Origin: Longivirga aurantiaca
GTDB lineage: Bacteria; Actinomycetota; Actinomycetes; S36-B12; CAIYMF01
Direction: 5' to 3'
DNA length: 32,000 bases
Assembly: GCF_042660085.1 (NCBI RefSeq)
Contig: NZ_JBHSTI010000008.1
Span: forward strand, 840,001 to 872,000
Made by a program: the position numbers and the translations under genes. Position 1 is the first letter of the stretch. Each line of letters begins with the position of its first letter. This document shows, piece after piece, positions 23,845 through 32,000 of the stretch. A model generated the notes under the pieces. The model searched no databases, was not told where the DNA came from, and saw only the letters and a list, made by a program, of their open reading frames with translations.

Positions 23845-25449
23845 GTGCTCGAGCGCCTCGACGCCGCCGGGATCCGGCGCTGGGCCGACCTCGGCCTCGA
23901 GGCCCTCGGCCGCCACCGGGCCGAGATCGACGCGCTCAACGTGTTCCCGGTGCCGGACGGCGACACCGGCACCAACCTGTTCCTCACCTTCGAGTCGGCC
24001 GCCGCTGCCCTCTCGGACGCCGGCGCGAACCTCGACCTGCGCGACACCGTCCGCACCTTCGCCCACGGCGCCCTGCTCGGTGCCCGCGGCAACTCCGGGA
24101 TCATCCTCAGCCAGCTCGTGCGCGGGTTCGCCGAGGCGCTCGCCGGCGCCGACCAGTTAGCCCACCATCAGGAGGCGGTGCTCGTCGACGCCTTCCGCAA
24201 GGCCTCGGACTCGGCGTACGCCGCGGTCGCCGAGCCCAAGGAGGGCACGGTGCTCACGGTCGCGCGGGCGGCGGCCGACGCCGTGGCGGCGCTCGGGCCC
24301 GGCACCAGCCTCGTCGGCCTCGTCACGGCGGCGGCCGACGCCGCGAGCGACGCGCTCGCGCGCACTCCGGAGCAGCTCGAGGCGCTCGCCCGCGCGGGGG
24401 TCGTGGACGCCGGGGGCCGCGGCCTCGTGGTGATCCTCGACGCGCTGGTCGAGACCGTCACCGGCGTACGCCGCGAGGCCGGTCCGGTCGCGCTGCCGCT
24501 CCCGAGGGAGAACGTCGGCGACGACATGCTCGAGGGCGGGGGCGCGTACGAGGTGATGTACCTCGTCGACGCCGAGGAGCCGGCCGTGCACGGCCTGCGC
24601 TCCACCCTCGGCGAGCTCGGCGACTCGCTCGTGGTCGTGGGCGGCGGCGGCCTCTGGAACGTGCACGTGCACACCGACGACATCGGCGCGGCCATCGAGG
24701 CCGGGATCGTGGCGGGGCGGCCGCACCGGATCCGCGTCACCGACCTGCGCCGCGACACCGATCTGCGCGCCGGGGCCGAGGGCCGCGGCGGACGTGCGGT
24801 CGTGGCCGTGGCGCACGGCAACGGCACGGCGGCGCTGCTCGAGGCCTCGGGCGCCGTCGTGGTCAGGGCGCATGGCAACGTCGCGCCGTCCACGGCCGAG
24901 CTGCTCGACGGCGTCCACCGTGCGGGGGCCGCCGAGGTCGTGCTGCTGCCCAGCGACTCCGACATCCGGCCCGTCGCCGAGGCCGCCGCCGATGCCGCGC
25001 GCCGGGAGGGCATGCGGGTGTCGGTGGTGCCGACGCGCTCGATCGTGCAGACGCTGGCCGCCGTCGCGGTGCACGAGGCGGGGCTGTCGTTCGAGGACGA
25101 CGTCGTCTCGATGACGCGCGCGGCCGGTGCCACGCGCTACGGCGGTGTCTCGTTCGCCTCGCGCGAGGCGATGACGAGCGCCGGCCTCTGCCGGGTTGGC
25201 GACGTCCTCGGCATCGTCGGCGGCGACGTCGTCGAGATCGGCGGCTCGGTGGAGGACGTCGCGGCCGCGGTGCTGCTGCGCCTGCTCGCCACGGGCGGAG
25301 AGCTCGTCACGGTCGTGCGTGGGGACGATGCCGACGAGGCCGTCGTAGCCGCCGTGGCCAAGCGCGCCCGGCGCGAGCACCACGGCACCGAGGTCGTCGT
25401 CTTCGAGGGCGGGCAGCCGTACTGGCCGCTGATCCTCGGCGTGGAGTGA
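23845..25449 (+). CDS. DAK2/DhaL-domain protein (YloV/FakA-like kinase subunit)
   Basis: LNVFPVPDGDTGTNLFLTFESAAAAL...GALLGARGNSGIILSQLVRGFAEAL...GTVLTVARAAADA...VDAGGRGLVVILDALVE. Confidence 0.92.
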   Translation: MLERLDAAGIRRWADLGLEALGRHRAEIDALNVFPVPDGDTGTNLFLTFESAAAALSDAGANLDLRDTVRTFAHGALLGARGNSGIILSQLVRGFAEALAGADQLAHHQEAVLVDAFRKASDSAYAAVAEPKEGTVLTVARAAADAVAALGPGTSLVGLVTAAADAASDALARTPEQLEALARAGVVDAGGRGLVVILDALVETVTGVRREAGPVALPLPRENVGDDMLEGGGAYEVMYLVDAEEPAVHGLRSTLGELGDSLVVVGGGGLWNVHVHTDDIGAAIEAGIVAGRPHRIRVTDLRRDTDLRAGAEGRGGRAVVAVAHGNGTAALLEASGAVVVRAHGNVAPSTAELLDGVHRAGAAEVVLLPSDSDIRPVAEAAADAARREGMRVSVVPTRSIVQTLAAVAVHEAGLSFEDDVVSMTRAAGATRYGGVSFASREAMTSAGLCRVGDVLGIVGGDVVEIGGSVEDVAAAVLLRLLATGGELVTVVRGDDADEAVVAAVAKRARREHHGTEVVVFEGGQPYWPLILGVE

Positions 25450-25451
25450 CG

Positions 25452-27695
25452 GTGGCCGACCTGAGGATGGACGACCCGCTCAAGAAGGTGCTGGGTCGCA
25501 CGGCCGATGCGCTCGAGAAGGGGCTCGGCCTGCGCACGGTCGAGGACCTGCTGCGCCACTACCCCCGCCGGTACGCCGAGCGGGGCCAGCTCACCGACCT
25601 GCGCATGCTCGAGGTCGACGAGCACGTCACCGTGCTCGCGCGCGTGAGCCGGGTCGACGTGAAGCAGTACAGGGACAAGCGCACCGGTCGGATGGTCGAC
25701 CGGCTCGAGGTGGTCGTCGGCGACGGCGCCAGCACCCTGCAGCTCACCTTCTTCAAGCAGTCGTGGCGCACCAAGGACCTCCGCGTCGGACGCGTCGGCC
25801 TGTTCAGCGGCAAGGTCGGGAAGTTCCGCAGCGACCTGCAGCTCGCGCACCCCGACTACGTCCTGCTCCCCGACGACTCCGACGTCGCCCCCGCGGACGA
25901 GGTCGAGGACGACACCGTCCTGCGCTACGCCGGCGCGCTCATCCCGGTCTACCCGGCCACCGCGGCGATGCCGTCGTGGAAGATCGCGACGTCCGTGGGA
26001 GTGGTGCTCGACCAGCTGCCCGCCGACCTCGACGACCCCCTGCCCGAGGCCACGCGCACCCGCCACTCGCTGCCTCCGCTCGCCGGCGCGATCCGCAAGA
26101 TCCACGTGCCCACCACGCGCGAGGAGATACGCGAGGCTGTCGAGCGCCTCACGTGGGACGAGGCGTTCGTCCTGCAGGCGGTCCTCGCCCAGCGCCGGTA
26201 CGCCGCGGCCGCGCTGCCCGCCACGCCGCGCACCCCGGTGGCCGGCGGCCTGCTCGAGGCCTTCGACGCAAGGCTGCCGTTCACCCTCACCGCCGGCCAG
26301 GTCGAGGTGGGCGCGACGATCGCCGACGACCTCGCCCGCACGCACCCGATGCACCGCCTGCTGCAGGGAGAGGTCGGCTCCGGCAAGACCCTGGTCGCCC
26401 TGCGCGCGATGCTCACGGTCGTCGACTCCGGCGGCCAGGCGGTGCTGCTCGCGCCGACCGAGGTGCTCGCCCAGCAGCACCAGCGGTCGATCATCGCGAT
26501 GCTCGGCCCGCTGGCCGAGCGCGGCCTCCTGGGCGGCGGCGACGTCGGCACCCGCGTCGCACTGCTCACCGGCTCGGTCACCGCGGCGCGACGGCGCGAG
26601 GCGATGCTCGACATCCAGTCGGGCGAGGCCGGGATCGTGATCGGCACCCACGCCCTCCTCGAGGAGAAGGTGCAGTTCTTCGACCTCGGCCTCGTGGTGG
26701 TCGACGAGCAGCACCGGTTCGGCGTCGAGCAGCGCGCAGCACTCGCGGCCAAGGCCCGCGACGACCAGCGACCGCACGTCCTGGTCATGACCGCGACGCC
26801 GATCCCGCGCACGGTCGCGATGACGACGTTCGGCGACCTCGAGACCTCGGTGCTCACCGAGCTGCCCGCCGGCCGCTCGCCGATCACCACGCACGTCGTG
26901 CCGACCTCCGAGAAGCCGGGCTACCTCGACCGCGCGTGGGAGCGCATCCGCGAGGAGGTCAGCGCGGGCAGGCAGGCGTACGTCGTCTTCCCGCGCATCG
27001 GCGGCGACGGTGCCGCGGGGGAGGACGTCGACGAGCCCGCCGACCCCGCGGCCGAGGAGAAGCGCCGACCGCCGCTCGCGGTGCTCGACCTCGTCGACCA
27101 CCTGACCGCCGGGCCGCTGGCCGGACTGCGTGTCGGCGTCCTGCACGGACGGATGCCCAGCGACGAGAAGGACGACGTGATGCGCCGCTTCGGCGCCGGC
27201 CCGTCGTCGCCCGACGGCATCGACGTGCTGCTCGCGACCACCGTGGTCGAGGTGGGCGTCGACGTCCCGAACGCCACGGTCATGGTCGTGATGGACGCAG
27301 ACCGCTTCGGCGTCTCGCAGCTGCACCAGCTGCGCGGCCGTATCGGGCGCGGAGCGCACGCCGGCCTCTGCCTGCTCGTCACCGAGATGCATCCGGCCTC
27401 GCCCGCCCGTGGGCGGCTCGACGCCGTGGCCGCGACGTCCGACGGCTTCGAGCTGTCCCGCATCGACCTCGAGGCGCGCCGAGAGGGCGACGTGCTGGGG
27501 GCGTCGCAGTCCGGAAGGCGCTCGTCCTTGCGCCTCCTCTCGGTGCTGCGCGACGAGGACGTCATCGTGGCCGCCCGCGAGGAGGCGGGCGAGCTCGTCG
27601 CCCGCGACCCCGAGCTCACCACCGTGCCCGCACTCGGGCGCGCCATCGCCGCCCTCCTCGACGAGGACCGCGCCGACTACCTGGAGAAGTCATGA
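25452..27695 (+). CDS. recG: ATP-dependent DNA helicase RecG
   Basis: LLQGEVGSGKTLVALRAMLT, LLAPTEVLAQQH, VVDEQHRFGVEQR, MTATPIPRT, TTVVEVGVDVPNATVMVVMDADRFGVSQLHQLRGRIGRGAHAGLCLL. Confidence 0.97.
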   Translation: MADLRMDDPLKKVLGRTADALEKGLGLRTVEDLLRHYPRRYAERGQLTDLRMLEVDEHVTVLARVSRVDVKQYRDKRTGRMVDRLEVVVGDGASTLQLTFFKQSWRTKDLRVGRVGLFSGKVGKFRSDLQLAHPDYVLLPDDSDVAPADEVEDDTVLRYAGALIPVYPATAAMPSWKIATSVGVVLDQLPADLDDPLPEATRTRHSLPPLAGAIRKIHVPTTREEIREAVERLTWDEAFVLQAVLAQRRYAAAALPATPRTPVAGGLLEAFDARLPFTLTAGQVEVGATIADDLARTHPMHRLLQGEVGSGKTLVALRAMLTVVDSGGQAVLLAPTEVLAQQHQRSIIAMLGPLAERGLLGGGDVGTRVALLTGSVTAARRREAMLDIQSGEAGIVIGTHALLEEKVQFFDLGLVVVDEQHRFGVEQRAALAAKARDDQRPHVLVMTATPIPRTVAMTTFGDLETSVLTELPAGRSPITTHVVPTSEKPGYLDRAWERIREEVSAGRQAYVVFPRIGGDGAAGEDVDEPADPAAEEKRRPPLAVLDLVDHLTAGPLAGLRVGVLHGRMPSDEKDDVMRRFGAGPSSPDGIDVLLATTVVEVGVDVPNATVMVVMDADRFGVSQLHQLRGRIGRGAHAGLCLLVTEMHPASPARGRLDAVAATSDGFELSRIDLEARREGDVLGASQSGRRSSLRLLSVLRDEDVIVAAREEAGELVARDPELTTVPALGRAIAALLDEDRADYLEKS

Positions 27696-28585
27696 CGTAC
27701 GACGAGACGGCCTCGACGCTCACGCTGGCTGACGGCCGCGAGCTCGACCTGCGCCGCCGCGGCCCGTCCGGCGGCGACGTGCTCGTCTACATCCACGGCA
27801 CGCCGAGCAGCGCCGCGGCACCGTCCGCGCTGGCCGAGGCGGCGCACGCGCGCGGCCTGCAGCTCGTGAGCTGGTCGCGCCCCGGCTACTCGACGTCGAC
27901 CCGTCAGCCCGGTCGGTCGATCGCGAGCTTCGCGACCGACGCCCGGGAGGTGCTCGACCGGCTCGGGATCGACCGGGTGCACGCGCTCGGCTGGTCCGGG
28001 GGCGGCCCGCACGTGCTGTCGCTCGCCGCGCTGCTGCCCGACCGCATCCGCTCCGCCACCTCGCTCGCGGGCGTCGCGCCGTACGCCGAGACCTCGGGCG
28101 AGCTCGAGTTCCTCGCCGGCATGGGTCGGGACAACATCGAGGAGTTCGGAGCCGCGGTCGAGGGCGAGGAGCCGTTGCGGCAGTTCCTCGCGCCGTTCGT
28201 GCCGGCGCTGCGGGTGGTGACGCCCGCCGGCATCGTCGAGGAGCTCGCGAGCCTGCTGCCCGACGTCGATCGCGCGTACTGCACCGACGAGCACGGTGGC
28301 GAGCTGGCCCAGGCGTTCCACGAGGCGCTCGTGGTGTCCGAGGACGGCTGGGTCGACGACGACCTCGCGTTCGTCCGGCCGTGGGGCTTCGACCTGGCCT
28401 CGATCCGGGTGCCGGTGCACGTGTGGCAGGGGAGCGCCGACCTCATGGTGCCGTTCGCGCACGGCGTCTGGCTTGCCTCGGCTGTCCCCGGCGCCGTGGC
28501 GCACCTGCTCGACGGCGACGGGCACCTCTCGATCGCCGTCGGCCAGGCCGAGGCGATCGTCGACGCGCTGCTCGCCTCCGGCTGA
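27692..28585 (+). CDS. Alpha/beta hydrolase
   Basis: VLVYIHGTPSSA, HALGWSGGGPHVLSLAALLPDRI (GxSxG), WQGSADLMVPFAHGVWL; ATGA overlap with recG. Confidence 0.9.
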   Translation: MTYDETASTLTLADGRELDLRRRGPSGGDVLVYIHGTPSSAAAPSALAEAAHARGLQLVSWSRPGYSTSTRQPGRSIASFATDAREVLDRLGIDRVHALGWSGGGPHVLSLAALLPDRIRSATSLAGVAPYAETSGELEFLAGMGRDNIEEFGAAVEGEEPLRQFLAPFVPALRVVTPAGIVEELASLLPDVDRAYCTDEHGGELAQAFHEALVVSEDGWVDDDLAFVRPWGFDLASIRVPVHVWQGSADLMVPFAHGVWLASAVPGAVAHLLDGDGHLSIAVGQAEAIVDALLASG

Positions 28586-28634
28586 TCCCGGATTCGCCCT
28601 GGCCCAGGTGATACCACGGCGGTACCATCGACCC

Positions 28635-28838
28635 ATGGCCATGACGCTGCGTCTCACCGACGAGGAGACCGACATCCTCCGCGCTCTCGCCGAGCGTGAG
28701 CACCGCTCCATGCAGGAGGTCGTGCGACTCGCCGTCCTCGAGCGCGCCGAGCGCGCCGGGCGCGCCGTCGAGCGCGACGAGGTCCTCGACTGGGCTGAAG
28801 GGCGTTACGCGGCGCTGCTCGAGCGCCTGTCGCAGTGA
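28635..28838 (+). CDS. Ribbon-helix-helix-like antitoxin
   Basis: MAMTLRLTDEETDILRALAEREHRSMQEVVRLAVLERAERAGRAVERDEVLDWAEGRYAALLERLSQ; 4-bp overlap with the following Doc-like toxin gene. Confidence 0.82.
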   Translation: MAMTLRLTDEETDILRALAEREHRSMQEVVRLAVLERAERAGRAVERDEVLDWAEGRYAALLERLSQ

Positions 28839-29221
28839 GCGGCGAGACGCGGCTGCTCACGACCGAGGACCTCGTCGCCATCGCGACCCGGATCGGCCGG
28901 GGTGACCCCCAGGTGCGCGACCTCGGGCTGCTCGAGTCTGCGGCGGCGCGGCCCGGCACCTCCGTCTTCGGCGACGACGCCTATCCGGACATCGAGACCA
29001 AGGCCGCCGCCCTGCTCGAGTCGCTGGTGCGCAACCACGCCCTGATCGACGGCAACAAGCGGCTCGGCTGGCTCGCTCTCGTCCTGTTCCTGGCGCTCAA
29101 CGGTCATCGCCTCGACGTCGACGACGACGAGGCGTACGACCTGGTGATCGGCGTCGCCGAAGGCCGGCACGAGATCGCCTCGATCGTCGGTGTCCTCCGC
29201 GGCTGGGGGGTCTCCTCGTGA
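28835..29221 (+). CDS. doc: Doc (death-on-curing) family toxin
   Basis: LLTTEDLVAIATRI...VRDLGLLESAAARPGTSVFGDDAYPDIETKAAALLESLVRNHALIDGNKRLGWLALVLFLALNGH; HxxxxxxNKR motif typical of Doc. Confidence 0.87.
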   Translation: MSGETRLLTTEDLVAIATRIGRGDPQVRDLGLLESAAARPGTSVFGDDAYPDIETKAAALLESLVRNHALIDGNKRLGWLALVLFLALNGHRLDVDDDEAYDLVIGVAEGRHEIASIVGVLRGWGVSS

Positions 29222-29805
29222 CACGGATCATCGCGGGCTCGGCGCGCGGGCGGCGGCTCGCCGTGCCTCCGAGCGGGACTCGCCCGACGGCCGACCGGGT
29301 GCGCGAGGCGCTGATGTCGGCGCTCACGCACGAGCTCGGCTCGCTCGGGGGAGCGGCCGTCGCCGACCTCTACGCCGGCACGGGCGCCGTGGGGCTCGAG
29401 GCGCTCTCGCGCGGGGCAGCGCACGCGCTGCTGGTCGACAAGGAGCGCAAGGCCGTCGAGACGCTGCGCGCCAACGTCGAGGCCGTCGGCGTCCCGGGCG
29501 CCGTGGTGCTCGCCGACGACGTCGTGCGGCTCACGGGATCCGTGCCGCCGGCGCTCGCGCGGGCGCCGTACGACCTGGTGTTCGCGGATCCGCCGTACGA
29601 CGTGGCCGACGACGTCGTCGTGCAGGTGCTCACCGGTCTCGCGTCCCACGGGTGGCTCGCCGACGGCGCGCTCGTGGTGGTCGAGCGGGCGCGGCCGCGG
29701 CGCGGGGCGACCTTCGCCTGGCCCGACGGCTACGAGCCAGGCAAGGACCGCACGTACGGGGAGACCGTGCTGCGTACAGCCCTTTGGTACGGTCGCGACG
29801 CCTGA
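29218..29805 (+). CDS. rsmD: 16S rRNA (guanine(966)-N(2))-methyltransferase
   Basis: TRIIAGSARGRRLAVPPSGTRPTADRVREALMSAL...DLYAGTGAVGLEALSRG...YDLVFADPPYDV; GTGA overlap with doc. Confidence 0.95.
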   Translation: MTRIIAGSARGRRLAVPPSGTRPTADRVREALMSALTHELGSLGGAAVADLYAGTGAVGLEALSRGAAHALLVDKERKAVETLRANVEAVGVPGAVVLADDVVRLTGSVPPALARAPYDLVFADPPYDVADDVVVQVLTGLASHGWLADGALVVVERARPRRGATFAWPDGYEPGKDRTYGETVLRTALWYGRDA

Positions 29806-29842
29806 CCAGCGGCCTCCCCGCCGCACCTCGCCGAACCGAGGA

Positions 29843-30337
29843 GTGACCGTGCGCAAGGCCGTCTGTCCCGGCTCGTTCGACCCGGTCACCAACGGGCACC
29901 TCGACATCATCGTGCGCGCCGCGTCGCTGTTCGACGAGGTGACCGTCGCGGTGCTCATCAACAAGACCAAGAGCAGCATGTTCACGGTCGACGAGCGGAT
30001 CGACCTGCTGCGCGAGGTCGTCGCGCCGTACCCGAACGTGAAGGTCGACTCGTTCCACGGGCTGCTCGTCGACTACTGCCAGGCGCGCGACATCGCGGCG
30101 ATCGTGAAGGGGCTGCGGGCGGTCAGCGACTTCGACTACGAGCTGCAGATGGCGCAGATGAACCACCGCCTCGCCGGCGTCGAGACCCTGTTCGTGAGCA
30201 CCAACCCGCTCTACAGCTACCTGTCCTCGTCGCTGCTCAAGGAGATCGCGACGTACGGTGGTGACGTGTCCGGGCTCGTGCCCGAGACTGTGCTCGCCCG
30301 CCTCGGCGAGCGGATCGCCGAACGAGCGCAGGGCTGA
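29843..30337 (+). CDS. coaD: Pantetheine-phosphate adenylyltransferase
   Basis: KAVCPGSFDPVTNGHLDIIVRAASLFDEVTVAVLINKTKSSMFTVDERIDLLREV...VKGLRAVSDFDYELQMAQMNH...SYLSSSLLKEIATYGGDVSGLVP. Confidence 0.97.
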   Translation: MTVRKAVCPGSFDPVTNGHLDIIVRAASLFDEVTVAVLINKTKSSMFTVDERIDLLREVVAPYPNVKVDSFHGLLVDYCQARDIAAIVKGLRAVSDFDYELQMAQMNHRLAGVETLFVSTNPLYSYLSSSLLKEIATYGGDVSGLVPETVLARLGERIAERAQG

Positions 30338-30370
30338 CGCCCCGCGCGACCCGACAGCCGAAGGACCCCC

Positions 30371-30859
30371 GTGGACGTCCACGACAAGCTCGACGAGCTC
30401 TCCGCCCTGGTCGAGGGCGCCCGCGCGATGCCGATGTCGGCGTCGTGCGTGGTCAACCGCGCCCAGGTGCTCGACCTCCTCGACGAGGCCCGCTCGCTCC
30501 TGCCCGCCTCGCTCGACCAGGCCGACGACATCCTCGCCGAGCGCGACGGCATCGTGGCCGCCGCGCGGGTGAGCGCCGCCGAGGTGCTCGCCCAGGCCGA
30601 CGAGGAGGCCCGGGCACGGGTGTCCGAGCACGAGGTCTACCGCGCGGCGCTGGCCGAGGCCGACGCCGTCCGGGCCGAGGCCGACGCCGAGGCCGAGCGC
30701 ATGCGCCGCGAGACCGACGACTACGTCGACGCCAAGCTCGCCAACTTCGAGGTGGCGCTGCACAAGACCCTCGCCGCGGTCCAGAAGGGCCGCGACAAGA
30801 TCCGTGGCCGCCAGGAGTACGACGAGCTCGGGTACGACGACAGCCCGCTGCCCGGCTGA
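30371..30859 (+). CDS. DivIVA/cell-division-initiation-like coiled-coil protein
   Basis: MDVHDKLDELSALVEGARAMPMSASCVVNRAQVLDLLDEARSLLPASLDQADDILAERDGIVAAARVSAAEVLAQADEEARARVSEHEVYRAALAEAD. Confidence 0.8.
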   Translation: MDVHDKLDELSALVEGARAMPMSASCVVNRAQVLDLLDEARSLLPASLDQADDILAERDGIVAAARVSAAEVLAQADEEARARVSEHEVYRAALAEADAVRAEADAEAERMRRETDDYVDAKLANFEVALHKTLAAVQKGRDKIRGRQEYDELGYDDSPLPG

Positions 30860-31004
30860 GCCGTCCGTCCGGTGCTGGAGTCCGGTTTGGGCGGTACGGC
30901 GGCCCTCCGGTACCCTGGCGTGTCGGCCGTCGTGAGGCCGATCCCCACCGCAGCGCACCCGGTGACCCCGGGGGCGCGCCTGCACGGCCCGGAAAGGCGA
31001 TCTC

Positions 31005-31625
31005 CTGACCACGCTCGACCCCCGATCCCCTCTCGTGCTCGACACGCGAGAGCTGGGACGACGTGCGGGGTCGATGCGCGAGGAGTCGCTCGTCCGGTCC
31101 GCGCCGGAGGGGATCGGGATCATGTCGATCGGCGTCCCCCCGGGGAGCGAGGTCGAGCTGGATCTTCGGCTCGAGTCGGTCATCGAGGGTGTGCTCGTGT
31201 CGGGAACGGCGCGGGTGCAGCTCACGGGCGAGTGCAGCAGGTGCTTGGATCCGGTCTCCGACGAGCTGGAGGTCGACATCCAGGAGCTGTACGTCTACGA
31301 GGAGACCGATCATCGCGGTCGCCCCGTACGGACGGACTCGCTCGAGGGTGAGGACGAGGACGAGCAGCGACACCTGGTCGGGGACTACCTCGACCTGGAG
31401 CCGGTGCTCCGCGACGCGGTGGTGCTCGACCTGCCGCTCGCACCCGTGTGCAGGGACGACTGCCCGGGGCTGTGCCCGCAGTGCGGGTTCCGCCTCGAGG
31501 ACGACCCGAAGCACGGCCACGACGTGATCGACCCGCGGTGGGCCGCCCTCGGCGCACTGGCGGACGAGACGAGCTCCGCCCGCACGAACGCACCGAGCAC
31601 CGACGACCAGCAGGAAGAGGACTAA
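31005..31625 (+). CDS. YceD/DUF177 family protein; start is CTG 31005 (proposed) or GTG 31035 (ORF track)
   Basis: [23 protein letters not shown]...[34 protein letters not shown]...[23 protein letters not shown]; followed 4 bp later by rpmF. Confidence 0.87.
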   Translation: MTTLDPRSPLVLDTRELGRRAGSMREESLVRSAPEGIGIMSIGVPPGSEVELDLRLESVIEGVLVSGTARVQLTGECSRCLDPVSDELEVDIQELYVYEETDHRGRPVRTDSLEGEDEDEQRHLVGDYLDLEPVLRDAVVLDLPLAPVCRDDCPGLCPQCGFRLEDDPKHGHDVIDPRWAALGALADETSSARTNAPSTDDQQEED

Positions 31626-31629
31626 GGCC

Positions 31630-31806
31630 ATGGCCGTCCCGAAGCGCAAGACCTCGCGCAGCAACACCCGCCACCGCCGTTCGCAGTGGAAGGCCAAGCT
31701 GCCCCAGATCAACAAGGTCGTCCGCAACGGCCGCGTCGAGTTCGTGGTGCCCCACCGCGTCGACGCGGACGGCGAGTACAACGGCCGCCAGGTCCTCGAC
31801 GTCTGA
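31630..31806 (+). CDS. rpmF: 50S ribosomal protein L32
   Basis: [58 protein letters not shown], 58 aa; absent from the supplied ORF track. Confidence 0.95.
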   Translation: MAVPKRKTSRSNTRHRRSQWKAKLPQINKVVRNGRVEFVVPHRVDADGEYNGRQVLDV

Positions 31807-31929
31807 GCTCGACGTCCGAGCGCGACCTGGACCACCAGCACGCATCCCGCGGCACCCGACCGCGGCCCGTCCCACGCCGGACGTGCCGCCGGTCGGGTGC
31901 CGCGTCGCGTCCGGGGTTAGCCTTCGGCC

Positions 31930-32000
31930 ATGACCACCGAGAACCTGAGCCTCGCGGCCCGGGCCCTCGCGGTCGTGCTCGACCTCGAGGCCGTCGATCT
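31930..32000 (+). CDS. N-terminal fragment of an uncharacterised CDS truncated by the window edge; possibly rnc by gene order
   Basis: ATG 31930 then MTTENLSLAARALAVVLDLEAVD; position after rpmF is typical for rnc but the peptide is too short to confirm. Confidence 0.35.
   Translation, partial: MTTENLSLAARALAVVLDLEAVD

Noticed and set aside
25137-27392. 751-aa minus-strand ORF opposite recG
   Set aside because: Antisense open frame caused by GC bias; recG on the plus strand has intact helicase motifs.

Overview
High-GC actinobacterial chromosomal segment. Both flanks carry ordinary housekeeping genes. Left flank: hup (HU) C-terminus, cofC, plsC-like acyltransferase, gpsA, a cystathionine gamma-synthase/lyase family gene, ddl. 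Right flank: DUF3515-like lipoprotein, Lrp/AsnC-type ligand-binding protein, thiL, S4-domain protein, rpmB, DAK2/DhaL-like protein, recG, alpha/beta hydrolase, a small antitoxin plus Doc toxin, rsmD, coaD, DivIVA-like protein, yceD/DUF177, rpmF. Between ddl and the DUF3515 gene sits a compact ~15.7-kb divergent bacterial microcompartment (BMC) locus (about 5478-21185). Its rightward arm matches the Rhodococcus/Mycobacterium (RMM, aminoacetone / 1-amino-2-propanol) type: class III aminotransferase/phospho-lyase, CoA-acylating aldehyde dehydrogenase with a C-terminal encapsulation-peptide-like helix, BMC-T, a small uncharacterised protein, BMC-P, BMC-H, a second BMC-T, APH-family kinase, SDR and a GntR/UTRA regulator. 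Its leftward arm encodes an APC permease, an acetamidase/formamidase, a GlcG/HbpS-family protein, a B12-dependent diol dehydratase with fused large and medium subunits, its small subunit, and a reactivase large subunit. The main finding is this apparent merger of an amino-alcohol BMC with a diol dehydratase cassette that has no obvious encapsulation signal. Other observations include operator-like repeats in the divergent promoter region, a UCCG-tetraloop hairpin before BMC-H, a toxin-antitoxin pair coupled to rsmD, and a possible CTG start for the yceD homologue. All family calls come from reading the translations; no database search was run.
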